From assembly GCA_036401395.1 (NCBI GenBank), contig DASWUZ010000123.1:3597-67596 (forward strand): a DNA stretch of 64,000 nt, given 5' to 3'. Positions 9,095 through 17,463 of this stretch are shown in pieces (positions within the stretch are counted from its first letter, which is position 1; each line of letters begins with the position of its first letter). The position numbers and the translations under genes are program-made. This stretch comes from Acidisarcina sp. Its GTDB lineage: Bacteria > Acidobacteriota > Terriglobia > Terriglobales > Acidobacteriaceae. The notes beneath the pieces are model-generated. The model saw only the letters and a list, made by a program, of their open reading frames with translations, had not been told where the DNA came from and searched no databases.

Positions 9095-10261
9095 TTGAGA
9101 GACCCATGTGACCTTATTGGTGGAATCATAAATGGCATTCACGCCGCGCGCCTTCGAGCAGTCGACTCCCGGCAGAATTGGGCCTTTTACTATGACACTT
9201 TGAATCGCCTGGTAGTCAATTACTACACCCAGTACGTCTACAACGCTCTTGGAGTGCGAGTAGCAAAAGCAAGCATCGCCGGAGCAGGGTTTCCAGCGGC
9301 AGGAGCGGTCTGCGCAGCTCCAGGAGTGGCGTCAGGGTTCATGCTAACGAACCAATATCTGCTCGATCAAAGCGGCGATCAGGTGACTGAACTGAATGGC
9401 TCTGGCACGTGGCTGCACTCGAACGTCTGGGCCGGCGCCCACCTAGACGCAACTTACGACATCAATGGCTTGCACTTCCACTTGGCAGACCCGCTCGGCA
9501 CCCGGCGCATTGAAACTGCCGCGGCCGGGACTATAGACGGAACGTACCAAAGTCTTCCCTTCGGAGACAACCTGGTCGCTTCCGGCTACGACGCGACCGA
9601 GCACCATTTTACCGGCAAAGAAAGAGACTTCGAATCCGGTAACGACTACTTCGGTGCGAGATACTACGCGTCGAGCATTGGCCGCTGGATGAGCCCAGAC
9701 TGGGCGGATAAACCAGAGGCTGTGCCGTACTCACAACTCGACAATCCGCAGTCTCTGAATCTATACGGATACATGGGCAACAATCCTCTTTCTAAAGCCG
9801 ACAAGGATGGTCACTGCTGGCCGGTTTGCACGGCAATTCTTGGTGCCGGGTTAGGTGCGCTCGCTGAAGCTGGTACTGAATATCTGAAGGGAGAGACGCT
9901 CAGCCCATACAAGATCGGAGCGGCGGCGTTAGCCGGACGCATCACGGGAGCTATCGCGGGCCCGATTGGAGACGCGGCAGAGTTGGGGGTTGCGGCTAAA
10001 GTTGGGGGACAATTAGCGGCCAATCTCATTGGCGGAGCCGTCGAGCGGAAGCTTAACGGACAAAAGGTTCTTGATCCGAAGGCTGCCATTGCCGACGCCG
10101 CTGGTGCAGCCGCTACCGGCAAGGTAGCGAAGGGACTCGAAAAGCACGCTTGCGTCCGAGGTTGTGAAAAAGGTCTCTGGAGCTGCCATCGAAGTCACCG
10201 GCGGTGTAGCGAAGAACCTGCTGACAGCCAAGCCGGAGGCGCACAAACCAGAAGTTCCTAA
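9095..10261 (+). pseudogene. Orphan RHS/YD-repeat core end plus C-terminal tip, fragment 3 (no N-terminal region)
   Basis: In-frame TGA at 9092-9094; the first codon is TTG. FYYDTLNRLV YD repeat, then a core segment paralogous to fragment 1 (HHFTGKERDFESGNDYFGARYYASSIGRWMSPD, PQSLNLYGYMGNNPLSKADKDGH). Gly/Ala-rich hydrophobic tip. The last roughly 40 codons look out of frame. Confidence 0.75.
9230..9814 (+). repeat. Paralogous rhs core segment, copy B (partner 4707..5291)
   Basis: See copy A. Identity is highest at the 5' end and decays toward the tip boundary. Confidence 0.85.
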
Positions 10262-10324
10262 GGATAAGAGACCTGGTTCCAACTGACAAATTAGCTGCAT
10301 CAAAGCGAATCGGCGGGACCGAAG

Positions 10325-10621
10325 ATGAAACTTGAACTGAAGAAGTGGCCGTTTGGAGCAATCGTTGCTCTGTCTATTATCCTCAGTGTGTTCCACGCAC
10401 TTGTTCAGCTCAGGTGGGCGGCGCTCAGGTATAGATCGTTCGGACCACGACCCCTTGGAGCACAAGCGGTTATCGCCGTCGAAGTGCTTCTCCTGATGGT
10501 CATTTTCACTGTTGGCATGATGCACGTGAGCGACGAGGAGAGCACATCGTCCTCGGGAAGGTACTATCTCGGGATCGTAACAGCTGTTGGAGCATGGATC
10601 GTTGTCTCGTTCTTCATTTGA
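10325..10621 (+). CDS. Small three-TM membrane protein; candidate immunity gene for rhs tip 3
   Basis: ORF 98 aa, same strand, 39-64 nt after the tip 3 end. Three hydrophobic spans: FGAIVALSIILSVFHALV, AVIAVEVLLLMVIFTVGMM, LGIVTAVGAWIVVSFFI. Confidence 0.55.
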   Translation: MKLELKKWPFGAIVALSIILSVFHALVQLRWAALRYRSFGPRPLGAQAVIAVEVLLLMVIFTVGMMHVSDEESTSSSGRYYLGIVTAVGAWIVVSFFI

Positions 10622-10722
10622 GTCGTTCTGGCATGTCGGTTGTCAGATGCATCGTTTCGATCAAGAGCGCGCTGCCTACGGCATTGGAAGTAGGTGACAC
10701 AACACCCCGGATCGGATGTTGT

Positions 10723-11208
10723 GGAGTAACTGAAAGTTACGCTTGGGGAACTTGCTGAAAACAGTAGCTAATAGACAGAAATATCTATGTTGGCGTTACC
10801 CTAGAGGTGAGCGCACGTTGCTGACGGGGAACCATATGAGTCTCAACCCCTTAGTCCGCCTCCGGCCCCGTTGCCCGATGTTGAGCAACGCATGACGAGC
10901 ATGTGGCCTCTCCCCGAAAATCCTCTCTGGCGGTGCAGCATGAAGCCGCCGCTCCGTACAAAGTCAGTCGGCACGAAGGACAGCGAGGCGGAGTTCGCGT
11001 TGCTGGAGGAACGTGCGCGTGTGGCCGGGATGCGTCTGGCCGAGTGGGTTCGCGAGGCGCTATTGCTGCGCAATAGTAGAGGAGTCGACAATCGAACTTT
11101 ATGGGCTGAAGGCCTCGCCACTTTGGCGAAGAGAGGGCTTCGGTTCTGTAGTCGAAATTGATGCGGCGAGAGCATCCAATATGTAGCGGATTCTCCAGAA
11201 TTCAATAA
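10723..11208 (+). repeat. Repeated RHH-module, fuller copy 2 (partner 6092..6459)
   Basis: Same conserved blocks as copy 1. Contains the intact 73-aa RHH ORF. Confidence 0.7.
10940..11161 (+). CDS. Ribbon-helix-helix (MobC/CopG-like) DNA-binding protein
   Basis: ORF 10871..11161 trimmed to ATG 10940 (MKPPLRTK...). SEAEFALLEERARVAGMRLAEWVREALL matches the beta-strand plus two-helix pattern of MobC/CopG-type RHH proteins. Start is uncertain, because the upstream codons (VEQR...) are also conserved in copy 1. Confidence 0.55.
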   Translation: MKPPLRTKSVGTKDSEAEFALLEERARVAGMRLAEWVREALLLRNSRGVDNRTLWAEGLATLAKRGLRFCSRN

Positions 11209-11281
11209 ACTTCCACAGGGACGTTGATTCTGAACGGCCCTCAAACTGCTCATTATAAACCGGTAGCCTTCATGACATAAC

Positions 11282-11331
11282 TCTGGTTCGGAACCAGGGG
11301 GTTGGAGGTTCAAATCCTCTCTCCCCGACCA
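11282..11331 (+). other. 3' half of a tRNA-Pro(CGG): anticodon arm to CCA, no 5' half; likely integration-site remnant
   Basis: Anticodon stem TCTGG/CCAGG (11282-86 / 11294-98). Anticodon loop TTCGGAA with CGG at positions 34-36. Variable loop GGGTT. T arm GGAGG-TTCAAAT-CCTCT. Acceptor 3' strand CTCCCCG, discriminator A, then CCA (11329-31). C1-G72 plus A73 fits bacterial tRNA-Pro. No matching CGGGGAG acceptor 5' strand or D arm upstream. Confidence 0.65.
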
Positions 11332-11413
11332 TTATTTGGATATTTTGTAAACATTCTCGGCATTGGTGATGCTTTCAATTGGCGGTTGCTCGTTCCTGGT
11401 GCTACGTTCCAGC

Positions 11414-11623
11414 ATGGGGCGTGTGGCCCGCATTGTGGTTGCCGGTCTTCACATCACGTGACTCAGCCGGAAACCGGGAAGCGATTTTCTTCCAGGGACG
11501 ACCACGAGATTTACCTCGATCTGCTTGCCGCGCAAACCTCGAAGGCGGGGGCGAGGTTTGGCGTATTGCCTGATGCCTAACCACGTGCACGTTCGCCAGG
11601 TACCACCTTCATTGCCATGCTAA
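11414..11623 (+). pseudogene. REP-associated tyrosine transposase (IS200/IS605 Y1-like) remnant, multiply frameshifted and truncated
   Basis: N-terminal family motifs are spread over three frames. MGRVARIVVAGL (from ATG 11414, stop at 11459), HHVTQ, GNREAIFFQ, DDHEIYLDLLAAQTSKAG, then AYCLMPNHVHV (11561-11593), ending at TAA 11621-11623. Only about 65 of the expected 150 or more residues are present. Confidence 0.7.
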
Positions 11624-11847
11624 GACGGTGCATGGATTGTAGAAAATTGCTGATTCCGTCCAACATCAACCGGAACGCAGAATCAGGGAATGATTACGCG
11701 GGGTGAGGTACTATGGTGCTCGAAGGGCGGGTCTGCAGAACTGTCACCTCAGGGGAAAAGTGGTGCACAGATCTCATATGTTGTTGAGACTTACTTCATT
11801 CAGGATGGTTGATAGATCACACATACTTGTAACTCCATCGCATCAAG

Positions 11848-13608
11848 CTATTGTGCATGCCGTTCATAACCACGGGAGCCATTACCTTCAGTTAGCGTGA
11901 TGTAGGAATCTACATTTGCCGGGGGCTGAAAGGATTCTGTTTCGCCGTCAGGCCAGCGCACCTCGATGCTCTTGATCGCTGTGCCAGCTCCCAGTCCGAA
12001 GTGAAGGCGAAGATCGCTGGACGAATTATAGCTTGAACCGCTGCGGACTTCATCGACCCAGTTGCGCTTCGGTCCATGAATAGTCACCCGCGCACCGATA
12101 GCGTCACGATTTGACTTAGTTCCGATAAGTTGCAGACCTATCCAATGATTGGGGTTTTTAGCAACGTTCACAAGCAGCATGGGCACGTCGCTGAGGTTGT
12201 TAACGACAGCCTCAAGCCGGCCGTCATTGAACAGATCGGCGATGGCTAGACCCCGACCCGATTGGGGCGTAACTAGTCCGGGCCCTGAGGACTTGCTTAC
12301 ATCTTTGAACTTGCCATTGCCAAGGTTGTAATAAAGGAACCGCGGTTCGCGGTAGGCAGCTCCCAGCTTTTCCGAATCGACCTCTGGATACACGTGACCA
12401 TTCACCACAAGCAGGTCGGGCCAGCCATCATTGTCCACGTCGGCAAACATCGTGCCCCAACCCAAAGCGTCGCTATTGATGGCAAGCCCAGCCGCAAACG
12501 TAACATCTGTATAGGTGCCGTCGCCATTGTTGTGGTAGAGCGTTGACGTGTCATCAGAGAAATTTGTCTTGAATAGATCGAGTCTTCCGTCCCCATCATA
12601 GTCTGCAGCCGTGGAACCCATGCCAGCCTGCTCGCGGCCATCCTCATTGAATGCCGCTCCGGCATCGGCGCCAACATCGGTAAAGGTACCATCGTGGTTA
12701 TTGCGATATAGTATCGCGGGCGTAGAGTCGCACGCGACGTATATGTCGGGCCATCCGTCGTCGTTATAATCCAACGTTGTGACCGAGAAGCAATAGTGGC
12801 CTGTAGTTTTCTCAATGCCGCTTGTCTTACTCACGTCTTCGAACTTGCCATTGCCCAGGTTATGAAAGAGAAGGTTGGGTGCGCTATCAAGTCCACGCGG
12901 GCCGCACATAACAGCTACACCCTTCCAGTTGCAGGATGCGGCTTGCCCTGGGGCCGGCGTCTTTGCCAGATCGAAGTGGACGTAGTTCGCAACCACTAAA
13001 TCAAGCTTTCCATCGCGGTCGTAGTCGATGAATGCGCAGCCGGTACCCCACTCTTTGCCGCTGCCCGCCACACCGGCCTGCTCCGCCACTTCCTTGAAGG
13101 TACCGTCCCGCTGATTATGGTATAGCCGGTTCTTTCCATAGCCGGTGACATAAAGATCGTCGTATCCGTCATTGTCGTAGTCACCAACACACGCACCCTG
13201 GCCCCACGCGGTAGCAGCCAGGCCGGCCTTTTTAGTTACATCGGTGAAGGTGCCGTCATGGTTGTTATGGAATAGGTGACTTGTCGGCTTATCTGAAGGC
13301 CCAGGCATCTTCTGGTTAGGCAGAGTAGAGCCATTCACGATAAAAATGTCGGGCCAACCATCCCGGTCATAGTCGATGATCGCCACTCCAGAACCGGTGG
13401 ACTCTATGATGTAGCGTTTTGACTCCAGGCCGCCGTTCACATTGCGGACTGCTATCCCCGCCTGGCCGGCCATGTCGACGAACCAGGCCGGACCTGGATG
13501 ATCAGAGGTTGGCGGGTAGGGCGATTGGCTGACCCCGTCGGGAGAGATGACAGATATTAGTAACACCGCAGTTATAACGCGGCCGCAGCTTACCAGGATC
13601 TTAGCCAC
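11848..13608 (-). CDS. CRTAC1-family protein (FG-GAP/VCBS repeats plus ASPIC/UnbV C-terminal domain), secreted
   Basis: ORF 586 aa with a GTG start. Repeated DYDxDGxxD / GxGxAxADYDGDG motifs. C-terminal IGARVTIHG...VRSGSSYNSSSDLRLHFGLG. N-terminal hydrophobic signal. Confidence 0.85.
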   Translation of the reverse strand: MAKILVSCGRVITAVLLISVISPDGVSQSPYPPTSDHPGPAWFVDMAGQAGIAVRNVNGGLESKRYIIESTGSGVAIIDYDRDGWPDIFIVNGSTLPNQKMPGPSDKPTSHLFHNNHDGTFTDVTKKAGLAATAWGQGACVGDYDNDGYDDLYVTGYGKNRLYHNQRDGTFKEVAEQAGVAGSGKEWGTGCAFIDYDRDGKLDLVVANYVHFDLAKTPAPGQAASCNWKGVAVMCGPRGLDSAPNLLFHNLGNGKFEDVSKTSGIEKTTGHYCFSVTTLDYNDDGWPDIYVACDSTPAILYRNNHDGTFTDVGADAGAAFNEDGREQAGMGSTAADYDGDGRLDLFKTNFSDDTSTLYHNNGDGTYTDVTFAAGLAINSDALGWGTMFADVDNDGWPDLLVVNGHVYPEVDSEKLGAAYREPRFLYYNLGNGKFKDVSKSSGPGLVTPQSGRGLAIADLFNDGRLEAVVNNLSDVPMLLVNVAKNPNHWIGLQLIGTKSNRDAIGARVTIHGPKRNWVDEVRSGSSYNSSSDLRLHFGLGAGTAIKSIEVRWPDGETESFQPPANVDSYITLTEGNGSRGYERHAQ

Positions 13609-15638
13609 TATGACTTTGTCCCCATTTGTGCCACGCCAGAGCCTGGGCCCATCGCTATAGCCTCAAGAATCTTTCCACCTTCCTGGATAACATAAAGATG
13701 GTTTGCAGCAAGTCTGGTAAGCCGGTCCACCGCGCCAGAGGGCCATCTGATTTCGACAGCATCCGCCTTATCTGCCCTGTCGAGACCAAAGTGGATTCTA
13801 AAATCACTCTGAGAGTAATAGCTGCCGCCGCTCCTTACTTCCTCAATTTGAATGAACGGCTTGGCGTCCGGTGCAGGCTGCGTGATAATGCTGATCCGGG
13901 CACCTATGCCTGAGCGGTTCGACTTAGTACCGACCGTCCTGATCTTGATCCAGTTGCGTACCCGGTTACCCGGAAGCGTGCAGTCGTTCCTCAGCAACTG
14001 AGGCAGGCTGTTCACGCAGTTCACGATGACATCAACGTCGCCGTCGTTGTCGAAGTCGCCGAAGGCGCAGCCCCTCGCCGGCGCGGGAGCCGTAATCCCG
14101 GGCCCGCCCTGGTTAGTGACCTCCTCGAACTGGCCGTTACGCAAGTTGCGATACAGATACTTATGCTGCCTATATGGCGCATCAACTTGAGTACCATCAA
14201 CCTCTGGATAAACATGGCCATTGCAAATCAGCAGGTCAAGCCATCCATCGTTGTCCATGTCAAAGAAGCCCACACCCCAGCCGAGCAAACGTGTATTGAC
14301 GCCGAGACCGGCAAGGTAGGTCCTGTCTTCAAAGGCGCCTGAGCCCATGTTTTGATACAGGGAGTCTGTATCGCCGGCAAAATTGGTCTTAGCTATATCG
14401 AAGAGCCCATCTCGATTAAAGTCGCCTATGGATACACCCATCCCGGCCTGCGGCTTGCCGTCGGGGGAGTAGGCTATTCCTGACTCGATCGCTACATCCT
14501 TGAAGGTACCGTCCTTCTGGTTCTTGTAGAAGGTCGCAGCCGTGGAATCATTTGCAACATAGATATCAGGCCATCCATTCCCGTCCATATCGCACACGGC
14601 GACCGAGAGACCATAAGTCCCGACTGTGTTCCAGATGCCGCTTTTCTCGGAGACATCGGTGAATGTTCCGTCGCCATTGTTGTGGTAGAGGATATTTTTC
14701 CCACCTTGCAGGCCCGGTGGCCCGCAGGCTACCTGAATTCCTTTATAGACACAGTTAGCGGCCTCCGGCAATGGGGCGGTCTTTATGTCGAAATCAATGT
14801 AGTTAGCGACAAACAAGTCAAGGTGGCCGTCACGATCGTAGTCGAGAAATGCGCACCCGGAGTTCCACCGGATCTTCGACTGCACCATGCCGGCTTTCTT
14901 CGTTACATCAGTAAAAGTGCCATTACCATTATTGCGATACAAGACATTCTGACCGTAGTAACTTACAAATAAGTCGTCCCAGCCGTCATTGTTGTAGTCG
15001 CCTACACAGCAACCCTGGCCCCATCCACCGTGTATCAGCCCAGCCTTTACAGTGACGTCGGTGAAGGTACCGTCGCGGTTGTTCTTAAACAAATGGTTGG
15101 TGGGCGCCTTCGCTGCTGGAAAGCCTTCCAACCGAGTACCGTTGACCAGGAAAATATCGAGCCAGTTATCGTGATCATAGTCGTAGAATGCTACTCCGCA
15201 ACCTGTGGTCTCAAGCAAGTACCTGTTCTTGTGTTCGCCGCCGTAAGTGGTTTTCGCGTTCAGCCCGGACTGTAGCGCTACATCGACGAACGAGACGCCC
15301 AGCGGAGTTCCTGCGACTGTAGAGGGCAGGCCTGGAGGAGGCGGCTGCGGCTTTGCATCATATGCCGGACGTTGCGCCACCATACCGGTTGCCTGGGCCT
15401 GGGCCCCGGCCAGAGCGAGTACGTCTTCCAGAGTAAGCACCAGCGCTGTGGCGGAAAGTGACCGAAGAAATGTCCTGCGTGACGAACTCAAACACACTCC
15501 TGGAACCTTGTAGCGGCCCGTGAAAGCCCTCTGCCCGTAAATGATCGCCTCGCTGGCTAGCGAAGCCGCTAGCCAGACAAGGCCTGCCGTTTTCGTTAGT
15601 CTACGACTGTGCGCCGCTACTGGGCTATGGCGCAGCAA
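13608..15638 (-). CDS. CRTAC1-family protein (FG-GAP/VCBS repeats plus ASPIC/UnbV domain) with a twin-arginine signal
   Basis: ORF 676 aa. Tat-like SSRRTFLRSLSATALVL. Same repeat architecture as its neighbour. C-terminal IGARISI...VRSGGSYYSQSDFRIHFGL. The true start is probably downstream of 15638. Its stop overlaps the next gene's start by 1 nt. Confidence 0.85.
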   Translation of the reverse strand: MLRHSPVAAHSRRLTKTAGLVWLAASLASEAIIYGQRAFTGRYKVPGVCLSSSRRTFLRSLSATALVLTLEDVLALAGAQAQATGMVAQRPAYDAKPQPPPPGLPSTVAGTPLGVSFVDVALQSGLNAKTTYGGEHKNRYLLETTGCGVAFYDYDHDNWLDIFLVNGTRLEGFPAAKAPTNHLFKNNRDGTFTDVTVKAGLIHGGWGQGCCVGDYNNDGWDDLFVSYYGQNVLYRNNGNGTFTDVTKKAGMVQSKIRWNSGCAFLDYDRDGHLDLFVANYIDFDIKTAPLPEAANCVYKGIQVACGPPGLQGGKNILYHNNGDGTFTDVSEKSGIWNTVGTYGLSVAVCDMDGNGWPDIYVANDSTAATFYKNQKDGTFKDVAIESGIAYSPDGKPQAGMGVSIGDFNRDGLFDIAKTNFAGDTDSLYQNMGSGAFEDRTYLAGLGVNTRLLGWGVGFFDMDNDGWLDLLICNGHVYPEVDGTQVDAPYRQHKYLYRNLRNGQFEEVTNQGGPGITAPAPARGCAFGDFDNDGDVDVIVNCVNSLPQLLRNDCTLPGNRVRNWIKIRTVGTKSNRSGIGARISIITQPAPDAKPFIQIEEVRSGGSYYSQSDFRIHFGLDRADKADAVEIRWPSGAVDRLTRLAANHLYVIQEGGKILEAIAMGPGSGVAQMGTKS

Positions 15639-15708
15639 GGTTTGGGCAGTCGGAAGATGACACGATCAAAGCCGGACGCGTCGTCGGTCTCGCGCCTCAG
15701 ATGTTTGG

Positions 15709-17463
15709 CTAAGGTCCAGGTTGTTTGACGGATTGCTCCGCCCGCTCCCGATCGAGCCTGTCTGCCTTCTGGCGTTCGAGCGCCGCCTCCGCCGCATTGC
15801 CCTGGCGGCCAAGGGCATCGGCCAGCATGCGGTGAGGTGTGGCATAGCCCGGATCAGCGGCCACAGCGAGCCTCAGTTGAGTCACAGCGTCCTCGACCTT
15901 ACCGATCTTGAGCAACGCGGTCCCAGTGCCCAGTGCGAAGTCGGAGCGCTGCCTGCTCACGGCTATGCGACTCAGCTCGGCCGCAATCTTTCGCTCGGCA
16001 GCGGCTCCAGCCTGGTCGCCCTGCTGAGCAAGTATCGCCGCAAGAGTAATGTGTGATCCCGGTTGATTTGGCAACAGTTCTATAGCATGGCGCAACGCGG
16101 GAACTGCTTTGCCGGGCACATTCATCTGCCGGTAAGTACTGCCGAGCACCGACCAGGCGTCGCCATTCTCAGGACGCATCCTGACCGCGGCCTCCATCTG
16201 TTCGGCAGCCTTGGCAAACTCGCCGGTCTGCATGTAGAGCACTCCGAGGGTATAAGGCGGATCGGGCAGGCTAGGGTTAGCTGCTTCTGCCAAAAGAAGT
16301 TCGGCGACCGCTTCGGGCAATCTGTCTTTTAGTTTCAGCGCCAGACCCAGATCGTAGTGCAGCGCAGCCGCCTGCGCGCCGCCCTGGTTGGGAAGCGCAA
16401 GCCCCGCCCTGAACTCGGCAATCGCATGATCGAGGTCGCTCTGCTGTAAATACGCCACACCCAGGTCTTCCAGCAGCACGGGGTTAGCCGCATCGAGCTT
16501 CAATGCCCGTTCATAAATCGGCACCGCTTGCCTGGCTTGACCATCCTGAACCAGCTCAAGTGCATAGTTGGTCAGCACCTGGGCATCCCCGGGCCGAGCG
16601 GAGGCCGCTACGGCAAACAGCGGAACAGCTTCTTTTGTCTCACCCGCATTCTGTAGCGCCAGCGCCAGCGAGTAGGTTGCGTCGACCGACGAGGGCGCGA
16701 TCCGGTGAGCGTGCCGCAGTGTCTCTAACGCATCTTCATCAAGCCGCTGAGCAATCTGCGCCCGCCCCAACTGCAGCAAAATATTCAAATCGTTGGGCGC
16801 AAGTTTCCCGGCTGCCTGCAACTCGTCCACTGCCTCCGGAAGTCTCTGCTCCACGAGGTCGAGTGAGCCGAGGTGAAAATGGGCGGAGGAAGAGTTCGGA
16901 TCCAGGGTCAGAGCTTTTTCCAACTCAGCGCGCGCCTCATCATATCTTTGCTGCTGAGCAAGTACTGCCCCCAGCGCATCATGGAGTGGGGCATTTTCGG
17001 GGTTTGCGGTGGCCGCCTTTTGCAACTTCAGGGTCGCGTCCTGCACTTTGCCGGTACCCACAAGGCTGGTCGCGTAGGCGAGCGTCGACTCGGCGCTCAG
17101 CGTCACAGCAGGTTGAAGCGAGCGAAACAGCGTAACGGAGTCGGCAAATCGGCGCTGCGAGCAGTAAGCATTTGCAAGGTTCAACGTGGTGGTCTGGTCC
17201 CTGTCGTCGAGACGATGCGCCTTCTCCAGCTCGGGGACGGCGGCAGCTAATTTACCCTCGGCCAACAGTACGGCACCCAGAGCTCCATGGCCAGCTGCGG
17301 AACCCGGCATGAGCCGAACGACTTTTGCGAATTCGGACTCAGCGCGAGGCAGGTCGTTGCTCTTCATAGCTGCGAATCCTGCATGGAAGGCAACATCGCC
17401 TGAGTGAATCTGCTGCGATGTCTGGAGCAGGAACACAAACGTAAGAAGAGCACTCATGCACAT
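15709..17463 (-). CDS. Tetratricopeptide (TPR) repeat protein, secreted
   Basis: ORF 584 aa with an N-terminal hydrophobic signal. More than 12 consecutive 34-residue A/L/Y/G-patterned repeats (e.g. AHFHLGSLDLVEQRLPEAVDELQAA). Lies upstream in the same orientation as the two CRTAC1 genes. Confidence 0.8.
   Translation of the reverse strand: MCMSALLTFVFLLQTSQQIHSGDVAFHAGFAAMKSNDLPRAESEFAKVVRLMPGSAAGHGALGAVLLAEGKLAAAVPELEKAHRLDDRDQTTTLNLANAYCSQRRFADSVTLFRSLQPAVTLSAESTLAYATSLVGTGKVQDATLKLQKAATANPENAPLHDALGAVLAQQQRYDEARAELEKALTLDPNSSSAHFHLGSLDLVEQRLPEAVDELQAAGKLAPNDLNILLQLGRAQIAQRLDEDALETLRHAHRIAPSSVDATYSLALALQNAGETKEAVPLFAVAASARPGDAQVLTNYALELVQDGQARQAVPIYERALKLDAANPVLLEDLGVAYLQQSDLDHAIAEFRAGLALPNQGGAQAAALHYDLGLALKLKDRLPEAVAELLLAEAANPSLPDPPYTLGVLYMQTGEFAKAAEQMEAAVRMRPENGDAWSVLGSTYRQMNVPGKAVPALRHAIELLPNQPGSHITLAAILAQQGDQAGAAAERKIAAELSRIAVSRQRSDFALGTGTALLKIGKVEDAVTQLRLAVAADPGYATPHRMLADALGRQGNAAEAALERQKADRLDRERAEQSVKQPGP

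Noticed and set aside
11240-11331. A complete tRNA here (first read as a class II tRNA with a long variable arm, or as a tmRNA 3' end)
   Set aside because: The supposed variable arm is actually a normal anticodon arm with anticodon CGG. No acceptor 5' strand or D stem can be paired upstream, so only a 3' half is supported.
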